From: Trueperaceae bacterium
GTDB taxonomy: Bacteria; Deinococcota; Deinococci; Deinococcales; Trueperaceae
Direction of reading: 5' to 3'
DNA length: 64,000 nucleotides
NCBI GenBank assembly: GCA_040905465.1
Contig: JBBDRK010000043.1
Coordinates: forward strand, 55,004 to 119,003
Shown here piece after piece: positions 19,059 to 27,649 of the stretch. Every line of letters starts with the position of its first letter. The stretch's first letter is position 1. A model generated the notes under the pieces. It was not told the origin of the DNA. It did no database searches and saw only the letters and a program-made list of their open reading frames with translations. The position numbers and the translations under genes were made by a program.

Positions 19059-20327
19059 ATGAGTGATGCTCGGCATCGTTCGCGTGTCGTAGCCGGCTCA
19101 CCATTTTTCTACGGTTGGATGATCCTCGCCACTGCGACCGCCAGCATGTTCATGACGCTGCCCGGCCAGACCGCCGGAATAGCGGTGTTCCTGGAACAGA
19201 TCATCGCCGACTTGACGCTGCAGCGCACCACGGTATCTCTGCTCTACCTGATCGGAACGCTCATTGCGGCCTTTACGCTGACCTTGGTGGGATGGGCGAT
19301 CGACCGGTACGGTCCGCGCAGAGCCGCCAGCGGAATCGTGATCCTGTTCATTTGCGGTTGCCTGGTCATGAGCTCGGCAACGGGGCCGTTGTCGCTCCTG
19401 CTGGGGCTCATCCTGGTCCGCGCATTCGGCCAGGGGGCCCTGCCGCTGGTGAGCATGCATAGCGTGAACCTCTGGTTCATTCGGAACCGCGGAATGGCGG
19501 TCGGGATTGCAGGACTGGGAATCGCCCTCGGCACTGCGGCTTTCCCTCCGCTGATCGAGCTGATGATGGGGAACTACGGCTGGCGAACGACCTACGCCAT
19601 GCTCGGCGGTCTAATTGCATTGGTCGTGCTCCCGCTGGTGGTGACATTCTTCCGAGACCATCCAGAAAGCTACGGCCTGCTACCCGACGGGGACACGGTC
19701 ACGTCCAGACGGGAAAATGAGCACCGAGCCGACGACACAGGTAGCGAGCCGGCTCTTACGCTGCCGCAGGCACAACGAACCGCAACGTACTGGCTGTTCG
19801 TTCTGGGCGGGGTGGCGGTGTCCTGTTTCGGCACTGCACTCGTATTCCATCACTACGCGATCATGACGGCGAACGGGGTAGATAGAACAGTCGCGGCCCT
19901 GATGTTCGTTCCCTTCGGGATCGCCATGGCGACGTCCAACCTGCTTACGGGCCTCGCCATGGATCGTCTGGCGCCACGTTACCTGTTGAGCTTCAATCTC
20001 GCACTTCTGGTGACCGCCCTGGCTTGCGCCAGCAGGGTAGACAGCCCGGCTTTGGTAATAGCCTACGGAGTAGGAATCGGTGCCCTACAGGGAATGCACG
20101 GAGCCTTGCAGGCGGGCGTGTACGCCCACTACTTTGGCAGGCGCCATCTCGGTGTCGTCAGGGGATTCGCGAGTACGCTGTCGGTCGGCGGCTCGGCCGC
20201 CGGGCCGTTTCTCTTCGCCCTCGGCTTCGATCTGTTCGACGACCAAGTCACTACCTTGGTGGTGGCCACCGCGGTGCCGCTGGTGATCGCAGTTACGGCC
20301 CCATTCCTGAAACCGGTGCGAGCGTGA
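19059..20327 (+). CDS. MFS transporter
   Basis: About 12 hydrophobic segments; motif A GWAIDRYGPRR; FFYGW N-terminus; YFGRRHLG. Confidence 0.9.
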   Translation: MSDARHRSRVVAGSPFFYGWMILATATASMFMTLPGQTAGIAVFLEQIIADLTLQRTTVSLLYLIGTLIAAFTLTLVGWAIDRYGPRRAASGIVILFICGCLVMSSATGPLSLLLGLILVRAFGQGALPLVSMHSVNLWFIRNRGMAVGIAGLGIALGTAAFPPLIELMMGNYGWRTTYAMLGGLIALVVLPLVVTFFRDHPESYGLLPDGDTVTSRRENEHRADDTGSEPALTLPQAQRTATYWLFVLGGVAVSCFGTALVFHHYAIMTANGVDRTVAALMFVPFGIAMATSNLLTGLAMDRLAPRYLLSFNLALLVTALACASRVDSPALVIAYGVGIGALQGMHGALQAGVYAHYFGRRHLGVVRGFASTLSVGGSAAGPFLFALGFDLFDDQVTTLVVATAVPLVIAVTAPFLKPVRA

Positions 20328-20417
20328 GCGAACGCAGAGCTGCACTCGAGGAAGTTACGCCGGCCGGGAGCAGACGGCTTCCGAAAACGAAGGTCGAACT
20401 GGTTGAGAGGGAGGCAT

Positions 20418-21302
20418 ATGAGCACAGAAGGTAGATCGTTGCGCCTCGCCATAGTCGCCGACATTCATCACGGTCCGGATGCCCCCCCGAAGCTGGGGAG
20501 CAGGGCACTTGGCCTGTTGAATGAGGTGATCGACGAAATAAACGAGAGAGCTCCTGACCTGGTGGTGGATCTTGGAGATCGCATCAACGATGTGGGCAAG
20601 GAGGATGACGAGCGGCTGTTGGCCGAGGTGGCGGATGCCTTCTCTCGTCTGCGGGTGCCGGTTCGCCACCTCTTGGGTAATCACGACGTCGCACGGCTCT
20701 CCATAGATACCACCGAATCCCTGCTGGGTGCGACGCTCGACCACCAGAGCCTGGAGCTGAACGACTGGCACCTGGTCTTTTGGCAGGTCAACAGTGCGTT
20801 TCGCGGTGGCGACGGGCTTCAGATAGACGAGAGCGACTTTCTCTGGCTACAAGAGGAGCTCGCCGTAACCGATCGACCCACTGTGGTATTCACGCATGCG
20901 CCCCTGGACAACGGGCCGATGGTGGGGAACTACTACTTCGAACCCATGCCTCCTCAATTCTCGGGTTACGCCAACGCAGAGCGCGCTCGCCGGTTGATGG
21001 AGAGGAGCACGACGAGCGTTGCCGTCGCCGGCCACGTACATTGGAACTCAGCCAGGACGATTCACGGCATCCACTACCTGACCGTCCAGTCGCTGTCCGA
21101 GTGCTTCACCACCTATCCAGAGCCGGCCCGGGCTTGGGCCGAGCTGACGTTGGGCGAGCGGGTCTCGCTCGACGTTCACGGCACGGATGAGATGCGGGTG
21201 CAGTTGACGCCGCGGCGGGGCAGTAGCCAGTGGCTCACCAGAAACACGAGACCTAGCGAGTGGGTAACCGTCGGAACCAGCCGCCGGAGGGGCAACGGAT
21301 AG
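20418..21302 (+). CDS. Calcineurin-like metallophosphoesterase
   Basis: ADIHHG, LGDRIND, LGNHD, FTHAP, AGHVH; GGAGG SD before ATG 20418. Confidence 0.88.
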   Translation: MSTEGRSLRLAIVADIHHGPDAPPKLGSRALGLLNEVIDEINERAPDLVVDLGDRINDVGKEDDERLLAEVADAFSRLRVPVRHLLGNHDVARLSIDTTESLLGATLDHQSLELNDWHLVFWQVNSAFRGGDGLQIDESDFLWLQEELAVTDRPTVVFTHAPLDNGPMVGNYYFEPMPPQFSGYANAERARRLMERSTTSVAVAGHVHWNSARTIHGIHYLTVQSLSECFTTYPEPARAWAELTLGERVSLDVHGTDEMRVQLTPRRGSSQWLTRNTRPSEWVTVGTSRRRGNG

Positions 21303-21377
21303 CACGCGCGGGTCCGTGACGGTTGCTGGCGTCAAGCTTCGGGCGTTCAGGCCCCGAGGGCGTCTACCGGTTCCGCG

Positions 21378-22769
21378 TCAGTTTTGAGCATTTCGGTCGA
21401 GTTCGGCCAGGGCAGCGATGATTTCGAGGGTGGAATGGACCCCCAACTCGAAATGATCCAGCCGGAGATTCTCATTCGGACCGTGATTGTTCTGATCGTG
21501 GTGGCCGTAGCTCAGGACGATTGGCTTGGCCTCGAGTGCAGTTAGGAACCCCGCGGCGGGCAGGCTTCCGCCCAGTGACGGATAGACCAGAGGCTCGCTT
21601 TGCCAGGCCCTTGCCAATGAAGCGAGTACGGCGGTAGTTGCGTGATCGCTCGGCTCTATCCGATACGGAGTCATTCGGGCCAGATAGTTCACGGTGGCTT
21701 CCGGCTCGAGCCGCCGAATCTCGCTTGCCAGGAGTTCAGCTATTTCGGTGGGATCCTGATCGGGCACCAGCCTGGCATCGAGTTTCAGGACAGCCTTGGA
21801 CGGGATGACCGACTTCATCCCCGTTCTGGTATAGCCCGAAGCGATTCCACTCACGTTCAGATTCGGCTCGAACATGATCCGCCGCCAGTATTCCAGGTTA
21901 TCGGAGATGGACGGTTCGAGCGCCCGAACCCCGATGGTTCGCCTGAATCCGGCTGCGGAGAATGGGATGGCGCGGGCCAACTCGACTTCGGATCGTGACG
22001 GCGCCCGCACTCTGTCGTAAAAACCCGGGGCGTTTACGGTTCGGTCGGTTCCGATGAGGTTGGAGATGAGGCGAGAGAGCGCAACGGCGGGATTCGGCGT
22101 TACTCCGCCGTAGGTGCCGGAATGCTGGTCGGTCTCGGCGTTACGTAGAGAGACTTCGAGGTATACCAGGCCACGGGCGCCGAAGACGGCAACGGGCCTG
22201 CCGCTCGGATGACCCGGGCCGTCGGCGATCAGAACGAGGTCCGCGGCGAGCCGCTCCCGCTGGGACTGGAGAAAGCTGTCGATGTTCGGTGAGCCTGTCT
22301 CTTCTTCACCCTCGAGCAGGACAGTTACATTCACCGGAATGTGAGCATCGGCGGCAAGGAGGGACGCGATCGCTGCGATATGGGCGTAGAATTGCCCCTT
22401 GTTGTCGCTGGCCCCCCTTGCATAGATCCTCCCGTCGCGAACGGTGGGGGCGAACGGGTCCGACTGCCACTCCGGCTCGTCAGCCGGCTGGACGTCGTAG
22501 TGACCGTACAGCAGCAGGGTGAACCGGTTCCCAGGACGCTCGTACTCTCCGATGACCATCGGAGCGCCGTCGGTAGCGATGGTCGATGCACGGAGGCCGG
22601 CTTTCTCGAGCAGGGTCCGCACCAGTTCGGCGCACTCGGGTATTCCCTCCCCGGTCGTGCTCACGCTCCTCTGAGCCAACAGGGCGAAGAGTTGCTCCAG
22701 GAAGGATTCGCGATTGCTGGAGAAGTACTCCGATGCTGCTGCCGTTTGGCTTCGGCTACTGTCTGTCAT
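21378..22769 (-). CDS. M20/M25/M40-family metallopeptidase (dipeptidase/deacylase-like)
   Basis: YGHYDVQP, ARGASDNKG, EGEEETGS, DQHSG, HGPNE. Confidence 0.9.
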   Translation of the reverse strand: MTDSSRSQTAAASEYFSSNRESFLEQLFALLAQRSVSTTGEGIPECAELVRTLLEKAGLRASTIATDGAPMVIGEYERPGNRFTLLLYGHYDVQPADEPEWQSDPFAPTVRDGRIYARGASDNKGQFYAHIAAIASLLAADAHIPVNVTVLLEGEEETGSPNIDSFLQSQRERLAADLVLIADGPGHPSGRPVAVFGARGLVYLEVSLRNAETDQHSGTYGGVTPNPAVALSRLISNLIGTDRTVNAPGFYDRVRAPSRSEVELARAIPFSAAGFRRTIGVRALEPSISDNLEYWRRIMFEPNLNVSGIASGYTRTGMKSVIPSKAVLKLDARLVPDQDPTEIAELLASEIRRLEPEATVNYLARMTPYRIEPSDHATTAVLASLARAWQSEPLVYPSLGGSLPAAGFLTALEAKPIVLSYGHHDQNNHGPNENLRLDHFELGVHSTLEIIAALAELDRNAQN

Positions 22770-22963
22770 GATTCGATCGCTCTCTCGATCATCGGGCGCA
22801 GGACCGTACACGCGTCCGTACCGGGTGTCCTGATGCGATAGTGACGGAGTTCGACTGTCGGCTTCGGCGAATCGTTTCCGGCCGCTCTACTCGCGAACGG
22901 AATCCCCCTTTCAAAGATGGTCATAGCGTAGGCGTGGGCGGCTCTCCTGTCCCGATCTCGAGA

Positions 22964-23626
22964 TCACCTGAGCAATTCTGTGACCTCGTCGGCCACCGTC
23001 CTGGCCAGTACCGCGTGAGCTCCCGCATCGAGGTGAACGCCGTCGTGTTCGCTCGCCTTGACGTGCTGTGCAACGTCCAGGAAGTCGCACCCGTGCTCCA
23101 GGGCGACTTCTCGAAGGCTTGCTCCCAACTGGCGGGACTTCTTCTCGGCACCGTCGAAGAACTCCGCGAACTCGCTGAGCCTACCTATCAGCGGGGGAGA
23201 GAGTAACAGTACGCCAGGACTATCCTGCGCGGGACCGCTCGCACTGGAGAGGATGACTCCGATAAGCCGGGAGACCCCGAGTGCGATCTCCTTCGGTGAA
23301 AGTGAGAAGCGCGCCTTCAGGTCGTTGGTGCCTAACATCAGCAGCACCAAGTGAAGGGGAGCGTGCGAATCGAGGCACGGCAGCAGGTAGTCGATCCCTT
23401 TGCGCCCCGGTTGCAGGGGATCTTCGAATACTGTCGTCCTGCTGTTGAGCCCCTCCTCCACTACATGGACCTTGCTGCCTAGCAACTCCTGCAGGACACC
23501 GGTCCACCGAATCCGTCGCGGGAAGCGTTCCTTGGTATTCGGATCGAAGCCCCAAGTGTTGGAGTCGCCATAGCACAAGACGGTGCGTTCGAACTCGACG
23601 CTCTCGCTCCCTCCTGCTGCTGTCAC
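22964..23626 (-). CDS. SGNH/GDSL hydrolase (arylesterase/acyltransferase-like)
   Basis: GDSNTWG, EEGLNSRTT, LGTNDLK, DGVH blocks. Confidence 0.92.
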   Translation of the reverse strand: MTAAGGSESVEFERTVLCYGDSNTWGFDPNTKERFPRRIRWTGVLQELLGSKVHVVEEGLNSRTTVFEDPLQPGRKGIDYLLPCLDSHAPLHLVLLMLGTNDLKARFSLSPKEIALGVSRLIGVILSSASGPAQDSPGVLLLSPPLIGRLSEFAEFFDGAEKKSRQLGASLREVALEHGCDFLDVAQHVKASEHDGVHLDAGAHAVLARTVADEVTELLR

Positions 23627-23641
23627 TTCACCCGATCCGAA

Positions 23642-24745
23642 CTAACGGCTGAAGTCGAAATCGGCCGACACCTTTGGAATGAACTCGGAAAGCAGGTCGA
23701 TGAGCCCTTGCACGTCACCGAGGTGGCACATCTCCGCCGGGGAGTGGGAGTAGCGCATCGAGAAGCTCAGGTCTATCGTAGGGGTGCCGCCGTTTTCCAG
23801 CTGAACGTACGAGCCTTCGGTAAGCCCGCCGAAGAAAGCGCTTCGTTGCAACACGAGTCCGTCCTCCTCGGCACTGCGGCTTATGGCGCGAACCAATGCC
23901 GGGTGGGGGACGAGACCGTTGAGGGTGCCGCGGCCGTGAAAGGAGTAAAGGTTCATCGCCGGGCCCCCGCCCATCCTCACGTCGTTGCTGCCCGCAAGGT
24001 CAGGGGTATCGCCAGGCACGGTGCCGTCTACACAGAGTGCAATGGCCGGCCGGAGTGCATGGGCTACCGGCGCGGCGCCGCGCAGGTTGAACTCTTCCTG
24101 AACGGTGGCAACGATGTGAGTCGTGGCTTTGGGTCGGTTCTTGGCTAGCCGCCTCAGGGTCTCGAGGACCGCCAGGCAACCGCCACGGTTGTCGATGAAG
24201 GTCGCCGTCACCGTGTCGTTCGCGAGCCGCTGGAATTGACCGGTGTAGGTAATCGGGTCACCCGTCTGGATACCTGCTTGCTGAACTTCTGCCTTGCTCC
24301 GCGCACCTATGTCGATGAACAGTTCCTGGAGGGGAGTAACCTTGTACTTCTCTTCGGGCGGTGTGACGTGGTGGGCCTTTATCCCTATAATGCCTGGAAT
24401 GTCCTTGCCTCGGCTGTTGGTGATGGTGATCTTGGTCGCCGGGAGTACTTTTTCCGGTATGCCCCCCAACCGATAAACTCTGATGAAGCCGTCGTCCTCG
24501 ATCTTCCGGACGATGAATCCCAGCGAGTCCATGTGGGCGGAGACCATGATACTTGGCGCATCGGCGTCGCTACCGTTTACGGTAGCTATTACGTTGCCTA
24601 GCGTATCCGTGTAGACGTTGTCCGCATGGGGCCTCATCTTCTCGCTCATGAACGAAGCTACGCGCTGCTCGTGACCAGCGAGTCCGGGCAGCGTAGCCAG
24701 GGTCTGGAAATCGGTGAGTGCCTCGTCGCTTATGCTCTTGCTCAT
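23642..24745 (-). CDS. sgcX: M42-family metallohydrolase, SgcX-like (paralog 2)
   Basis: AHMD, DNR, VQEE, CVD, RYSH; FHGRGTLNGLVPHPAL; directly downstream of a BtpA/SgcQ gene. Confidence 0.8.
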   Translation of the reverse strand: MSKSISDEALTDFQTLATLPGLAGHEQRVASFMSEKMRPHADNVYTDTLGNVIATVNGSDADAPSIMVSAHMDSLGFIVRKIEDDGFIRVYRLGGIPEKVLPATKITITNSRGKDIPGIIGIKAHHVTPPEEKYKVTPLQELFIDIGARSKAEVQQAGIQTGDPITYTGQFQRLANDTVTATFIDNRGGCLAVLETLRRLAKNRPKATTHIVATVQEEFNLRGAAPVAHALRPAIALCVDGTVPGDTPDLAGSNDVRMGGGPAMNLYSFHGRGTLNGLVPHPALVRAISRSAEEDGLVLQRSAFFGGLTEGSYVQLENGGTPTIDLSFSMRYSHSPAEMCHLGDVQGLIDLLSEFIPKVSADFDFSR

Positions 24746-24775
24746 TCTATCGTCTCCAGTCCGGAAGCCACGGCC

Positions 24776-25585
24776 TCATCGGATGCTTTCGACTGCGTCC
24801 ATGAATCTGCTGACCCTGTCGGGATCCACCGGATTCCAGGTGTTTCCATCCCGCTTGAAGCTCGTGCCCACGATGGCGGCATCGGCTACTTCCATGATTG
24901 CGTTGACGTTTTCGACTCGAACGCCGGTATTGGCGATGACGGGTATCTCCGGAATCGCCTCCTTGACTTCGCGGATATCTGACAGGTCCACGGCTTGCCC
25001 GGTCATCGGACCTGAGACGCAGATGCCATCGGCGAGACTCGCAAAGACCGCGCTTTTCGCTTTAGCCGCATTCGAGCGCGTGCCGATAGGCGAGGCGAAC
25101 TCGGCGTTGATGTTGTACAGGAGCAGGCAATCCGCGCCGAGGTTGGTGCGCAGGCGGACGGCGGTAGCGGCGTCGGGTTGCCACAGGCCCATGTCGGCGT
25201 CGTAGACGCCGGTAAAGACCTCCCGCACGAACCGCGCCCCGGTGGCGTGCGCCAAGGCGACTGATGCCACTGGGTCCCATAGGTAGTTGACGCCGAAGGG
25301 CACACGCACATGTTCCACCGCGCGGGTAACGATTGCGGTCATTGCCGCCAGGCTTTCGGGGGTCGAGCGGGTCAAGTACGGCCGGTCGCCTTCGTTGCCG
25401 AACATGATCGCATCGACACCGCCATTTTGCAGAGCATCGATGTCCTGCACGACCGAGTCGAGGATCCGACCGATACTGCCGCTCTTGTCGTAGAGGGCGC
25501 TTCCGGGCAGGGGAAGCAGATGGGCCATGGCAATGATCGGCTTTCTCTTCCCGAATAGCTTTACGAAATCGTTCAAGACGTTCAC
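24776..25585 (-). CDS. sgcQ: BtpA/SgcQ-family TIM-barrel protein
   Basis: KPIIAMAHLLPLPG, GVDAIMFGNEGDRPY, PFGVNYLWD, GARFVRE, CVSGPMTG, ANTGV, IVGTSFK. Confidence 0.88.
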   Translation of the reverse strand: MNVLNDFVKLFGKRKPIIAMAHLLPLPGSALYDKSGSIGRILDSVVQDIDALQNGGVDAIMFGNEGDRPYLTRSTPESLAAMTAIVTRAVEHVRVPFGVNYLWDPVASVALAHATGARFVREVFTGVYDADMGLWQPDAATAVRLRTNLGADCLLLYNINAEFASPIGTRSNAAKAKSAVFASLADGICVSGPMTGQAVDLSDIREVKEAIPEIPVIANTGVRVENVNAIMEVADAAIVGTSFKRDGNTWNPVDPDRVSRFMDAVESIR

Positions 25586-26355
25586 TCTCCGTTTGCGCGC
25601 GTAAGTTTGATGCCGGCGTCGGTGTAGATGCGTGCCACTTGAGGTTCGAGTCCGGCGTCCGTGATTATCTCGTCGAAGTCATCCAGGTCGCCTACCTTGG
25701 CCAGGCTCCTCTTGCCAAACTTCGTGTGGTCAGCGAGAAGCACTGCCCGTTGTCCACAATCCCTCATCAGCCGCTTGACCGGCACTTCTTCCAATGTCGC
25801 GTTCGTCAGCCCCGCCTCGAGGCTCACGGCGTCGGCACCGATGAAGCTGCTGTTCGCATTGAGATTTGCGAGCGACTCTTCTACGGCGTGTCCGATCACC
25901 GAGTAGATAGAGGGTCGCACGCTCCCTCCCAGGATGATCACCCCGAAGCCGGGCGTGTCGCACAACTCCAGTGCGATCTTAAGATCACTGGTGATTACGG
26001 TAATGTCGCGTTTTCCCTTTAGTTCGCGTGCCAATGCCAGGGTCGTGCTTCCGGAGTCGAGAACGATTACTTCCCCATCCGACACCGACCGGGCCGCAAC
26101 TCGGGCGATTGCTCGCTTCTGTTCGAGTTGCCTCCCCGCTTTCTCCGAATGCAATGGTTCGAAGGCCGTACTGATATGGGGGAGAACGGCGCCGCCGTGC
26201 GTTCGCTTTATATGCCCCTGCGTCTCGAGCAGGTGCAGGTCACGGCGTATCGTGGCCGGGGAAACGTCGAGGAGCCTGGCAAGATAGGCGACATCAGCCC
26301 CGCCGTTTTCCGTAAGGAGTTCGAGCAGTCTCCGTTTCCTCTGCTCGGGCAACAT
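25582..26355 (-). CDS. DeoR/GlpR-family transcriptional regulator (paralog 2, SgcR-like)
   Basis: VSPATIRRDLHLLE...THGGA; LDSGSTT; ADHTKFG; 4-nt overlap with sgcQ. Confidence 0.93.
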   Translation of the reverse strand: MLPEQRKRRLLELLTENGGADVAYLARLLDVSPATIRRDLHLLETQGHIKRTHGGAVLPHISTAFEPLHSEKAGRQLEQKRAIARVAARSVSDGEVIVLDSGSTTLALARELKGKRDITVITSDLKIALELCDTPGFGVIILGGSVRPSIYSVIGHAVEESLANLNANSSFIGADAVSLEAGLTNATLEEVPVKRLMRDCGQRAVLLADHTKFGKRSLAKVGDLDDFDEIITDAGLEPQVARIYTDAGIKLTRANGE

Positions 26356-26419
26356 AGTTACAAGACCTCAATTCGTGGATGTAATGTAAAAGTCTGATTA
26401 TTTCTGGCTATTAATGCTT

Positions 26420-26449
26420 ATCTTACGATTGGCGTTTATGGGCTGTCAA
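26420..26449 (-). promoter_or_regulatory. Sigma70 promoter for the deoR-sgcQ-sgcX operon
   Basis: Minus strand TTGACA (26449-26444), 18 nt, TAAGAT (26425-26420) in an AT-rich intergenic region. Confidence 0.6.
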
Positions 26450-26564
26450 TAGAATTCGAGCGCTCAGCGACAGCGAGCACAGAAACACCTACCGTTGCCG
26501 ACGCTACACGACCAAACAGCAGACATGCTACCGGGTCGCTTGTTGCGCCGGTTATGCTCTAGCC

Positions 26565-27632
26565 ATGCATCCACGTACCCTTCTTGTCACCGGCGGCGCC
26601 GGCTTTATCGGCTCGGCACTCGTGCGACACCTGATCTCCGATACGCCGCATCGGGTGGTGAACGTCGACAAGCTCACATATGCCGGTCACGTCGAGAGCC
26701 TCGCTGATGCCGCTGAAAGCTCGCGGCACCACCTGGAGCGGATCGACATCGCCGACGGGGCCGCGGTGGCGGACGTGTTCGAGCGCTACCAACCCGACGC
26801 GGTCGTGCACCTTGCCGCCGAGACGCACGTGGACCGCTCGATCGACGGGCCGGCCGAATTCCTGCGCACCAACGTGCAGGGAACGTTCGTGATGCTGGAA
26901 GCCTCCCGCCGCTATTGGGACCGGCTGAGCGGCGGGCAGTGGGAGGAGTTCCGCTTCCTGCACGTCTCCACGGACGAGGTCTACGGTTCGCTCGGTGACG
27001 AGGGGCGCTTCCGTGAAGACAGCAGGTACGACCCCCGCTCGCCATATTCGGCGTCGAAGGCGTCTGCGGATCACTTCGCCAAGGCGTACCACCACACCTA
27101 TGACCTCCCGGTCATCGTCACGAACTGCTCCAACAACTACGGTCCGTACCAGTTCCCGGAGAAGCTGATCCCCCTCGCTACCCTGCGCGCTTCGGCAGGA
27201 GAGCCGATCCCCGTCTACGGCGAGGGCGAAAACGTGCGCGACTGGCTGCACGTTGACGATCACGTGCGAGGCCTGATGGCGGCGCTCGAGGAGGGACGGC
27301 CCGGCGAAACCTACAACATCGGCGGCGACAGCGAACGCACCAACCTGCAGGTGGTAAAGACGATCTGCGAAGCGCTCGACGAGTTGGTGCCGTCGACCCG
27401 CCCCTACCATCGGCTCATCGAGTTCGTAGCGGATCGGCCCGGACACGACCTCCGTTACGCGGTCGACGCCGGCAAGATCCGCAACGAGCTGGGCTGGGCC
27501 CCACGGGTCGCCTTCGAGAGTGCCCTGCGCGAAACGGTCGCCTGGTACCTGGACAACAGGGCCTGGTGCGAGGCGGTAACCCGGGGCGCCGCCTACCGGC
27601 TGGAGCGCCTGGGCAAGCGCGAACAGGAGTAG
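26565..27632 (+). CDS. rfbB: dTDP-glucose 4,6-dehydratase
   Basis: TGGAGFIG, DKLTYAG, HLAAETHVDRSI, VSTDEVYG, YSASK, NNYGPYQFPEKLIP, DRPGHDLRYA. Confidence 0.96.
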   Translation: MHPRTLLVTGGAGFIGSALVRHLISDTPHRVVNVDKLTYAGHVESLADAAESSRHHLERIDIADGAAVADVFERYQPDAVVHLAAETHVDRSIDGPAEFLRTNVQGTFVMLEASRRYWDRLSGGQWEEFRFLHVSTDEVYGSLGDEGRFREDSRYDPRSPYSASKASADHFAKAYHHTYDLPVIVTNCSNNYGPYQFPEKLIPLATLRASAGEPIPVYGEGENVRDWLHVDDHVRGLMAALEEGRPGETYNIGGDSERTNLQVVKTICEALDELVPSTRPYHRLIEFVADRPGHDLRYAVDAGKIRNELGWAPRVAFESALRETVAWYLDNRAWCEAVTRGAAYRLERLGKREQE

Positions 27633-27649
27633 GGAGCGGTCGTCCTCCG

